Shown here in pieces: positions 8,333 through 16,900 of a DNA stretch of 42,822 bases; the first letter of the stretch is position 1; every line of letters starts with the position of its first letter. Both the position numbers and the translations under genes were made by a program. The notes below the pieces were generated by a model that searched no databases, was not told the DNA's origin, and saw nothing but the letters and a program-made list of their open reading frames with translations. Source of the DNA: Anaerolineales bacterium (GTDB lineage: Bacteria > Chloroflexota > Anaerolineae > Anaerolineales > UBA4823); NCBI GenBank assembly GCA_036507795.1, contig DATCIL010000401.1, positions 1 to 42,822 on the forward strand, given 5' to 3'.

Positions 8333-8405
8333 ATTTAATGCCCCGTCCCTTGGTCCTGATATAATTTGCTTATTAGACCGATCCTGCTGTCGATAGGCCA
8401 TATTC

Positions 8406-9341
8406 ATGCCTCTTTCCCCTTCCCACCTCCGCGGTGTTGTCCCTGCCGTAGTCACCCCGCTCAACTCCAATGATATACCCGACCTTGAAGCTCTCTACCA
8501 GCACATCCGCGCCCTTATCGAGGAAGGCTGCCATGGAATCTTACTTTTAGGGACTACGGGCGAAGGCACTTCCATGGGGATGGCTGAACGCGAAGCGATC
8601 CTCGAGGCCGGACTGGCAGCTGTGGGTGATGAGTTTGTACTGGTCGGCACCGGCACGCCCAGCCTGACCGATACTATCACGCTCACCCGCCGGGCTTACG
8701 AGTTGGGCGCGGACGTGACGGTAATCCTGCCGCCTTTCTATTACAAGGACGTTGCTGGCCGCGGATTGCTGGATTATTACCGCCGGCTGTTCGCCGAAGC
8801 CGTTCCGGATGATGGTCTGGTGATGGTCTACCACATCCCGCAAGTCACCCAGGTGCCGATCTCTTTCAACCTGCTTGAGGATCTTGTCAGCGTCTCGGAT
8901 GGTCGCCTGGTCGGTGTTAAAGATAGCTCCGGCGATCCAGAACACGCCAAAGAACTGTGCCGCCGCTTCCCGGATATGAACGTCTTTGTGGGCAGCGATA
9001 GGCTGCTCCTGGCCGGCCTGGAGCTGGGGGCGGACGGCTGTATCACAGCCGGGGCTAACGTACTGGGACCGCTGGCCGTCGATGTGTACCGGGCCTACGC
9101 AACCGGCGACCCGGCCGATCCTCTGCAAGGACGCTTGACCGCGGCGCGGCTGGTCTTTGAGCGTTACCAGCCCTTTCCCGCCGCCCTGAAGAGCTTGCTC
9201 GCCCTGCGCTACGGTGGGGATAGCTGGAATGTGCGCCCGCCCCTCACTCCGCTTTCGGACAGCGATCGAGCCGAACTTCTTTCGGCACTACGAAGCCTTA
9301 ATCTCGAAAACAAACTTCCCTGGCTTGCAGACCTCGACTGA
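8406..9341 (+). CDS. DHDPS/NAL-family class I aldolase (DapA-like; possibly a 4-hydroxy-2-oxoglutarate or similar pyruvate aldolase)
   Basis: Motifs VVTPL, GTTGEG, YHIP (the YxxP Tyr) and GVKDSSGD (Schiff-base Lys). Confidence 0.88.
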   Translation: MPLSPSHLRGVVPAVVTPLNSNDIPDLEALYQHIRALIEEGCHGILLLGTTGEGTSMGMAEREAILEAGLAAVGDEFVLVGTGTPSLTDTITLTRRAYELGADVTVILPPFYYKDVAGRGLLDYYRRLFAEAVPDDGLVMVYHIPQVTQVPISFNLLEDLVSVSDGRLVGVKDSSGDPEHAKELCRRFPDMNVFVGSDRLLLAGLELGADGCITAGANVLGPLAVDVYRAYATGDPADPLQGRLTAARLVFERYQPFPAALKSLLALRYGGDSWNVRPPLTPLSDSDRAELLSALRSLNLENKLPWLADLD

Positions 9342-9348
9342 GTTCATT

Positions 9349-9404
9349 ACGTTTTACGCATCACGCACTACGCAATACGCAACACGCAATACGCATCACG
9401 TATT
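9349..9404. repeat. Heptamer tandem repeat, ACGNNNN x8 (longest tract in the window)
   Basis: acgtttt acgcatc acgcact acgcaat acgcaac acgcaat acgcatc acgtatt. It lies between two co-directional genes. Confidence 0.92.
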
Positions 9405-9432
9405 CATATCCCGAAAGGAGATCCCCCTCACC

Positions 9433-10566
9433 ATGTCTACCCATGCTGACCTTTCCAACTACCCTGAACTCGACGCTCCGGCCCGGGTTTTACTTGGTCC
9501 CGGCCCCAGCCTGGTGCATCCCAAAGTGCTGCGGGCAATGGCGACCCCGCTGGTAGGGCACCTGGATCCTTACTTTATTCAACTGATGGATCACATCCAG
9601 GACCAGCTGCGCTATGTATTTGAGACACAAAATGCACTTACCATCCCAATTTCCGGAACAGGCAGCGCCGCGATGGAGGCCGCCGTCGCCAATATGGTGG
9701 AGCCTGGCGATGCCGTGCTGGTGTGTATCAATGGTTATTTTGGCGGGCGAATTGCCGAAATGGCACGGCGTTACGGCGGGAGCGTAAAGACTATCCAACG
9801 TCCGTGGGGGGAAGTGTTTACAGCAGATGAAGTCAGGCGGGCCTTGAATGATCACCCCAGCAAAGTCGTGGCGATTGTGCACGCCGAAACCTCAACCGGC
9901 GCGCAGCAGCCTCTGGATGAAATCGCCAGGCTTGTGCATGATCAGGGCGGCGTTCTCATCGTCGATGCGGTCACCTCGCTGGGTGGCCTTCCCGTGCGCG
10001 TCGATGAAGTGGACATCGACGTTTGTTACAGTGGTTCGCAGAAATGCCTGAGCTGCCCGCCGGGGTTGGGCCCGATAACCCTGAACGCCCGCGCTGAGGA
10101 AGTCCTGCGCCGGAGGAAAACACCGGTGGCGAACTGGTATCTGGATCTCTCCATCGTGCAGAAATATTGGGGCTCAGAGCGGACTTACCATCACACGGCC
10201 CCGATATCCGCAAATTTTGCGCTTTATGAGGGATTGCGTTTGGTTGCAGAGGAAGGTCTGGAAAACCGCTGGGCGCGGCACCGCAAGAACGCCGAGCTGC
10301 TCTGGGAAGGTTTAGGGGATCTGGATCTCACCCTGCACGTGCCGGAAGCGAACCGTCTGACGACCCTGACCACCGTCCGCGTCCCTGAGGGTGTGGATGA
10401 ATTAACGATACGCCGGCGGCTGCTTGAGGAATATAATATTGAGATCGCAGGTGGCTTAGGGGAGCTTAAGGGCAAAATCTGGCGGATTGGATTGATGGGC
10501 TACTCCTCCCGCCCAGAAAATGTTCTCTTGTTATTGGCTGCCCTGGGGAGGCTGCTTTACCAATAA
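9433..10566 (+). CDS. Class V aminotransferase, alanine-glyoxylate / serine-pyruvate aminotransferase-like
   Basis: LLGPGPS...HP.VL.AM at the N-terminus, SGTGSAAMEA, and YSGSQKCL (PLP Lys). I place the start at 9433, after GAAAGGAG. The track ORF from 9214 merely reads through the heptamer tract. Confidence 0.9.
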   Translation: MSTHADLSNYPELDAPARVLLGPGPSLVHPKVLRAMATPLVGHLDPYFIQLMDHIQDQLRYVFETQNALTIPISGTGSAAMEAAVANMVEPGDAVLVCINGYFGGRIAEMARRYGGSVKTIQRPWGEVFTADEVRRALNDHPSKVVAIVHAETSTGAQQPLDEIARLVHDQGGVLIVDAVTSLGGLPVRVDEVDIDVCYSGSQKCLSCPPGLGPITLNARAEEVLRRRKTPVANWYLDLSIVQKYWGSERTYHHTAPISANFALYEGLRLVAEEGLENRWARHRKNAELLWEGLGDLDLTLHVPEANRLTTLTTVRVPEGVDELTIRRRLLEEYNIEIAGGLGELKGKIWRIGLMGYSSRPENVLLLLAALGRLLYQ

Positions 10567-10569
10567 AAA

Positions 10570-11103
10570 CTAAACCTCTTCCGAAACCGGCCAGTACTGC
10601 ATCAAGATGAGCTGAGTGAGCATGCCGAATATGGTCATGCCAAAGTAGGCGATGATGGCGCTGATTCCGCTCAGATTGACCGCCTGGATGATCAAGCTGG
10701 CGCCGGTCAAAGAGGATAGCAGGGTCAAGGAGAAATCAAACCAGGTCAGCACCATGCCGACGGCGACGATTCCGGCAGTCACCAAGAGGAACCAGGTAAC
10801 CCATTCATTCCCAAATCCCGTGATTGCTGGGAGGATGAAAAGCAGGTAGCCTCCTGCCGGGAAGAGAACTATGGCTATCATGATGCGACCCAACATCGAA
10901 GCCAGCAGAGCGACGATCACGCCGATTGCAAGGGAGAGTAAGAACAGGTCGTTGTTCTGCGCGAAGTTGAAAAGAAGCGGTCCGAGGACAACGGCGCTGA
11001 CAAAAGCTGTTCCACCGGCGTACAACCAGTAGAGCTGGCGGCCGGTTGTGAGCATGATAAAACCCAGGGAGAGCTGGAGCATTGTGGCGTACATGGGGTC
11101 CAT
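10570..11103 (-). CDS. Polytopic membrane protein of unknown function
   Basis: 177 aa with about 6 hydrophobic helices. I recognise no catalytic motif. Confidence 0.65.
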   Translation of the reverse strand: MDPMYATMLQLSLGFIMLTTGRQLYWLYAGGTAFVSAVVLGPLLFNFAQNNDLFLLSLAIGVIVALLASMLGRIMIAIVLFPAGGYLLFILPAITGFGNEWVTWFLLVTAGIVAVGMVLTWFDFSLTLLSSLTGASLIIQAVNLSGISAIIAYFGMTIFGMLTQLILMQYWPVSEEV

Positions 11104-11252
11104 CCTGTTATGAAAACATGAATCTGTTGGCTTCTTCCCATCAGGGAAGATGTCTAAATCGGAGCGCTTGTGTTTAAAATGATTATACAGAGGATCTTAG
11201 GCTGCGAAGGCAATCTGTAACAGATTTGGTGGGTGATTTTGTCAGGAATTTG

Positions 11253-11960
11253 TTAGAAACTTTCTGGATGCGTAAATCGATAACCAAAGGCGCGCACGTT
11301 TTGGATGTATTTGGGATCGGCCGGATCATCCTCGATTTTCAATCTCAACCAATGGATATGCACGAAAAGGGTGCGATAATCTTGGGAATATTCTTTCCCC
11401 CAAATTTCCTCAAGCAGCGCCTCGCGGCTGATGGCTTGCCCGGCCTGGTTCATTAGCAGGGCCAGCAGATCGTATTCCCGGGCAGAAAGTTCGATCTCCC
11501 TGTGGTCTTTATAGACCCTCCTGGAGATTGGGTCCAGCCGGATCCTGCCGATGCTGAAAGTCTGGCTTTTCCGCGTCTGGCGATCCAGTTCTACCCGGCG
11601 CAAAATAGCCCGGATACGGGCTAATAATTCGCGGAAGTAAAAGGGTTTGGTAAGATAATCATCGGCCCCCGCTTCCAGTCCCTGAATGCGCAAATCTTCT
11701 TCGTCACGCGCCGTCAGCAGGATAATCGGGACTGCGCTCTGAGCTCTCAGGCGCCGGCAAATCTCCAGTCCGTTCATTCCCGCTAGGACAATATCGAGTA
11801 AGATGGCGTCTGGCTGGAAGGCTTCGGCGGCTTCCAACGCCTGGCTTCCGTCATTGACGGTTTCAACTTCGAAGCCGTGATTCTGCAGGTTTGAGGCGAG
11901 CGATTTGGTGATCGCAGGATCGTCATCAATGAGCAGAATAAGAGGTAAGGGCGCGTCCAT
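11253..11960 (-). CDS. OmpR-family response regulator (receiver plus winged-helix DNA-binding domain)
   Basis: Receiver residues are intact: LLIDDD, ILLDIVL (phospho-Asp), LLTAR, KPF. The C-terminus REYDLLALL...FGYRF is a typical winged helix. Confidence 0.92.
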   Translation of the reverse strand: MDAPLPLILLIDDDPAITKSLASNLQNHGFEVETVNDGSQALEAAEAFQPDAILLDIVLAGMNGLEICRRLRAQSAVPIILLTARDEEDLRIQGLEAGADDYLTKPFYFRELLARIRAILRRVELDRQTRKSQTFSIGRIRLDPISRRVYKDHREIELSAREYDLLALLMNQAGQAISREALLEEIWGKEYSQDYRTLFVHIHWLRLKIEDDPADPKYIQNVRAFGYRFTHPESF

Positions 11961-12521
11961 TTATGTGATAAGCCGGCTTAACGCTTCCAACGCCCGGTGT
12001 TGCAGCACTCGAATGGAGCCCGGTGTTTTACCCATGATCTGAGCGATTTCCTTGGTTGATAACTCGCTCAAAAATCTGGAGACCAACACGATCTGGTAAT
12101 CATCTTTCAGCTTGTCCAACGCCTGGCGGACCTCCTTATGCTCAATGTTCCGAATTGCAGCTTCACTGGTGTCCGCCGGAGATTCGGCCACCACGGAATC
12201 CTCGATACCTGCTGACGTTTTTGAATTCTCAAAACGCCGATAATAATCGATGAGCAGATTGCGAGCGATAAGGAATAAATAAGCCAAAAAAGGGACACCC
12301 TGGTCTTCAAAGGTGGGCAAAGAACGCCAGACGCGAAAAAACGTCTCCTCGGTCAGGTCTTCGGCATCCTGCCGGTTATTAAGGCGAGCGAAAAAAAAGC
12401 GAAAGACGGCATTCATATGTCGAGTATATAATTCCCCAAAGGCCTCGGCGTCGCCGGCTTTGACACTCCTGATGAGCTGGCTCTCGTCGACTTCCTGGCT
12501 GTGCGAGTTGTATCCTGACAT
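11961..12521 (-). CDS. ECF-type sigma-70 family RNA polymerase sigma factor
   Basis: Region 2 (DAEDLTEETFFRVWRSL, FLAYLFLIARNLLIDYYR) and region 4 (LSTKEIAQIMGKTPGSIRVLQHRALEAL). Length is 186 aa. Confidence 0.9.
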   Translation of the reverse strand: MSGYNSHSQEVDESQLIRSVKAGDAEAFGELYTRHMNAVFRFFFARLNNRQDAEDLTEETFFRVWRSLPTFEDQGVPFLAYLFLIARNLLIDYYRRFENSKTSAGIEDSVVAESPADTSEAAIRNIEHKEVRQALDKLKDDYQIVLVSRFLSELSTKEIAQIMGKTPGSIRVLQHRALEALSRLIT

Positions 12522-12772
12522 GAATGTGAATGATCTGTCGATATCGAATGGCGTGATGTTAGAGTCGCTCGCTAACAGTTAACTCTCCGCAAGATTAGGG
12601 ATTAACCAGTATTTTTTAGGCAGTCTATTTTGATTATATGGAAATAGTACGCATCTGATGTCCCCCTGTAACACTTTTGGTTGGCGAATTCGGGTTAGGG
12701 CGCTACTCGAGCGTCGCCTGGATGAATCGAGGGGCGCAAGAGAAGAATCGGAATCTGAGCATGCGAGCGGGA

Positions 12773-13414
12773 TTAAGATCCGAGGGGGACCTCTTGATTT
12801 GAAGAGAGTCTTTGCTGGTATAGATAGCCGGTTCCCAATTGGAGGATTTCAATGTTGACGTCATCCACCATGGTTTCCAGCCAGGTCTTCAGAGATCTTG
12901 GGTTGTATTCATCGATGGTTCCGAGGATCTCGCGCTTGCCATCTCCCAGGTCGACGGCTACAACAATCCCGAGCCTGGGGCTGAAATTCAGGTAGAAGTC
13001 TGTATCCAGCGAGTATCGCCTGGATGAATCCGATTCTTGCTGGTTCTCCATGCAGCCCAGCAGTTTCTTCCGATCACGCCAGATGGTGGTGTGGCTGAGC
13101 TGGATGCCCATTCTTTCGAGGAAATCAGCAACGTCCCGGTAGCTGAGTCCCATGGCCCAGGCCAGCGCGGCGAGGGTGCGAATGCGGCGCGTCAACGTAG
13201 ACTGATCGACTCCCGACGGGTAGCGGCGGAAAGTGCGCCCGCACTCGTCGCAACGATAACGATGGACCTCGGCCGTGCGGTTGCGCTGATCGTAGACGCG
13301 GCGGGTTGTCCGGCCCCAGCGTTGGAGGACCTCACCACCGCAGTACGGGCACTGGTTGGGCCGGGTGAGCGGAGCGGTTTTTATACTGGGTAGTCGAAGC
13401 AAGATTACGGGCAT
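12773..13414 (-). mobile_element. Truncated Zn-finger/HTH DDE transposase (ISL3- or IS1-like N-terminal half), probably a defunct IS remnant
   Basis: CPYCGG-x25-RYRCDECGRTF zinc ribbon, an HTH (LSYRDVADFLERMGIQLSHTTIWR), then the start of a DDE fold (VVAVDLGDGK...TWLETMVDD). The ORF ends after about 214 aa with no distal catalytic region. An AT-rich promoter-like tract lies upstream. I found no clear terminal inverted repeats. Confidence 0.55.
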
Positions 13415-13900
13415 GGAAGCGTCCTGAAAAATGAGTGGAAAAGTTCGAATGAATAAAGGGTAGAGATGATTTTTCTGCTTGTTTCCTATTATATATAACG
13501 GATCCTTTAATATATTTGTTACAGTATTTAAGGAGATTTTTAATTGTTCAACGCTGTGAGCGTGAGGTGCTGTGAGCGCCCGCGCATGCTCAGCCGCGCT
13601 CCACGGCTCAGTCATCCCCGGCGGCTTCTTGCCGGCAGGTTGCGCCCTAACCCCGCGGCGACGGCGCTGTAAGCAAGCGGTTTGCATCGAGTTAGCCATA
13701 CTCTCGCCGGCAGTCAACTACGCTCTAGCCGCCGTCCTCGGCGGCGTTTGGTGTTTAGAGCCATTTCTGGACATCGTCCACCATGATGATGGGAATCTGA
13801 TCCCTAACGTAGAAGCAGGCGCTTGAGTACTTGAAATCTGCACTGTCCTCAACCATACAAACTATCCAGCGGGGCGACCGTTTCCCTGATCTATTTACTC

Positions 13901-16900
13901 TCATTCAGGTAGATCAAGAAAGAAATTTTGAAGCTTGTTATCAGCGAGCACATACAGGTCATTTTCTGTCCAGATGGCGTTCCGGAAGTCTATTCTGGGA
14001 ACTCCAGCAATCTCGACCTCCCACAGGGGCTGGTTCGAACCAGCCTTGAAAGCCGAGCACACAAGAATGCCGCCAATCTGCCATTTGCACTCGCTGACAA
14101 TCTGCGTCTCGGGATCGAACCTCTGCAGTGTGCTTGAACTGCCCGGAGAGCGCTGGATGGCCACCACTTCCCCTTTTGGATTAAGCCATACCTGACCAGC
14201 CCTATATACCAGGGAGACCAAGCCCTCCTCATCGATCCAGGCGAAGAATGGGGGCGAACTGCTGAACTGGCTATGGTTCCAGGAGATCGTGTTCAGGACT
14301 TCGAAACCGGCTTCACCATACTGCCATTGAACCACAGTATGGTCAGAGCGCAGATAGAGGTTGCCGTCCTCCCCCATAAGATACTCGTCTACCCTGAAGG
14401 GCACCTCCACGTCGAGCAGCGCTCCGGTTTCAGCATCAAAGACATCGTCTTTGAGGAAAACCAGCTTACCATCCGGGCTGACCTGGGGCGTATGGTAGAA
14501 GTTTCCAGTCCTGGCCTCGGTTGCCCACAACGCCGCTCCATCGGCAGAAACCGCCTGGACGAATCCTCTGCTGCTGGGTGTCACCGTGTAATAGATGTTT
14601 CCTTCCGGTCCTCTGACAGAACCGCTGGCCGAGCGCTGCCCCGCCGGGGACCTGAATTTCCACTTCAGACCCTGACTGGTAAAAACATACAGGCCAGCCG
14701 CAGTGTCGGTGAGATAAAGGCCTTTACTGTCGTAACTCCATCGATAGGGCTCTGCATCCAGGGTTTCTTCCCAGGCGACTTCACCCAACGGATCAAGGGC
14801 GTAAACCAGAGTCTCCTCAGCGACGATCACCACAGTGCCATCTGCAAAGATGAAGGGAGGCAAATAATCATCTTGACCGCGTTCGGCTGAGAAGAACCAG
14901 GCAGGCATATCCGTTGCGTAAATTAATTTTCCTGCAGAATTTACCGCGTAGGCGGTGTGATCTTCAGAGAACAGATAAATCTTCATCTCCGACAGATCGT
15001 CTAAAAAGGGATGAAAAGGACCTAATGTGATCTCTTCGTCGAATTCAACCGTCCACTGCAACCCGGGAGAGGCAGATTCACTGGCCCTGATGCTTTCAGT
15101 TGCTTCATCGATCGCGAATAATGTGCCGTCTAAGGTAGAGAGAATGAGCTTCCCATCTTTCCAGAAACCGCCCTGCACCGGTCCATGATTGCCCAGCTGG
15201 AGTTCCCAGAGCGGGTCGTGACCGTCTGGCGTCACGGCGCCGCAATGGGTGAATTCTTCATTGAAAGATTTTCCTCCACAAATGTAAGCAGTCAGATCAT
15301 CTCGCATGGCAATCATCTGCCCCCGGCTGGGCGCCAGGCGGTTGTTGCCCACAAACTCGTCTTCCAACGTAACCCATACGATGCTGCTGTTTCCGCCAGG
15401 TGTCGTGTAGAACAGCCAGGCAGTGCCATCCTGGCGGACGCCGACCTGGGATGGGGCGACTGCCTCGCTCCGGCTTCCCGTACCCCATTCTGCGATGTCT
15501 ACGACTTCGACCGTGTTTCCATTGAGCTGCCAGTTAATGACATTATTTCCAGCTAACAGGTAATCTCGACCATCCTGGCCGGGAAAATAGCGCAAGATTT
15601 TCAGATCGGATTCGAACTTTAACAGGTCTCCGGTTTGTGCGTCGAAAACATCATTCTTTAAAAATACAAAGCGTTCATCAGCACTCACGCGCGGGGCCTC
15701 ATAGAAGGAAGGCGTTTCCGCCTGGGTCACCCATAGTCCTTCACCTTGCGGGGAGACGGCCTGGACAAAGCCCTTGCTGCCAGAGATTACCGTGTAAAAA
15801 GCCCTGCCGTCGCGCGCCAGGACCGGTGCCGCGACGCCCTGGCTGCCCGCTTCGGATTGGAAGTGCCAGATCAGTCCGTCCCCGGGAGCGGCGGCAGCCA
15901 ACCCGCCGTCATTGTCGCTGATATAGAGCGTGCCGTCAGCGCTCAGGGCAGGGGCGCCAATGGCGCCGGCGGGCATCTCCGTTTGCCACTGCATCTCTCC
16001 CTCAAAATTGAAGGCATAAAACGTGCCGCCGGCGGAGGCAATAAAGAACTGATCCTCACCAGGCGCTAAGACAGGCCCGCCTTTAAACCCGGCTTCATCG
16101 ACGAACTCCCACGCCACCTGCGCTTCAAGCTGCTGTGCTTCTGGCGTTTGGATGGCCGGTTGAGTTTCGGAGCTGTCCGGAGTCGCACGACCTCCCGCCG
16201 TTGCCTGGTTTTGCCCAGAAGTTCCCGGGTTCTGGGCAACGAGCTGCGTTGGAACCCGCTCCTGGCCGGCCAGCTGGGACTGGATCTGCGGCCACAACCA
16301 TCTTCCGGCGGCGATACTGACGGCCAGCACAATCATGCCGCCGACCGCTGCCTTGACCGCCGGCTTTCTCGTGATTATGGATAGGGGATACCAGACATTC
16401 TGCTCCAGCCAGAAGTTTGCCCTTTGGCTCACTCGTGCCACCAGGCCGCGCCTTCTGACTGCTGCCAGGTTCATGGTCTGCCGGAAACCCTCGCCGAGCA
16501 GATTGAAACCCAGCACCGCCGTGAAAATGGTGGAGCCCACCGCGACCATTGCCCAGGGTTCGGTCAATCTGACCCAGGAGGTTGCCAGCATCTGGCCGAG
16601 TTCAGGGGTGCCGCTGATGCGCCGGGCGACGAAATCGGACACGTTCACCCAAACGTCGCCCCCGATGTAATAGCCCAGAAAACCGAGACCGGCAGTTGTC
16701 ATTAATGTGCTGCTTAGTTCAAAAGCGAACAGCATCACCATCATCGGCGTGATTTGCTTGAGGACGTGACCGGCAACGATCTGGTGGTTCGATGCGCCAA
16801 GAGCATGGGCAGCCTCCACGTAAATCTGGCCCTTGGTAATGCGGGTCTGTTCCCGCACCTGCTGGGCGGTTTCCACCCATCCTGTCACCGAAAGCCCGAT

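Noticed and set aside
9214-9432. N-terminal extension of the aminotransferase ORF
   Set aside because: The extension overlaps the end of the aldolase gene and then translates the heptamer tract (TQYATRNTHH). The ATG at 9433 has a proper RBS, and the conserved N-terminus begins there.
12666-12684. 19-nt similar words (ctgtaacacttttggttgg; ctgtaacagatttggtggg at 11215-11233) in direct orientation flanking the sigma/RR pair
   Set aside because: Identity is only 15/19, a level expected thousands of times by chance in this window. The words are on the wrong strand to act as promoters for the minus-strand operon.
12714-12727. 14-nt repeat tcgcctggatgaatc, also present at 13016-13029
   Set aside because: The length is within chance expectation. 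One copy lies inside the transposase CDS, and the flanks do not extend the match.
13415-13717. N-terminal 101-aa extension of the transposase ORF
   Set aside because: The extension is an Arg/Ala-rich read-through of GC-rich noncoding DNA followed by an AT-rich promoter-like tract. The zinc-ribbon domain starts right after the ATG at 13414.
13732-13746. 15-nt exact match ccgtcctcggcggcg, also present at 20794-20808
   Set aside because: Roughly one such 15-mer coincidence is expected by chance in a 43-kb window when both strands are considered. The flanks do not align.
13755-13856. 33-aa minus-strand micro-ORF (MVEDSADFKYSSACFYVRDQIPIIMVDDVQKWL) just downstream of the permease fusion
   Set aside because: It has protein-like composition but no RBS, no recognisable family and is very short. 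The MVDDV match to the transposase remnant is only 5 residues. I cannot support it.
14026-14045. tRNA-like GGTTCGAACC T-loop word
   Set aside because: It lies inside the long permease-propeller CDS as a simple palindrome, with no acceptor or anticodon arms. The other GTTCGAAT hit near 13445 sits in AT-rich DNA with no cloverleaf.
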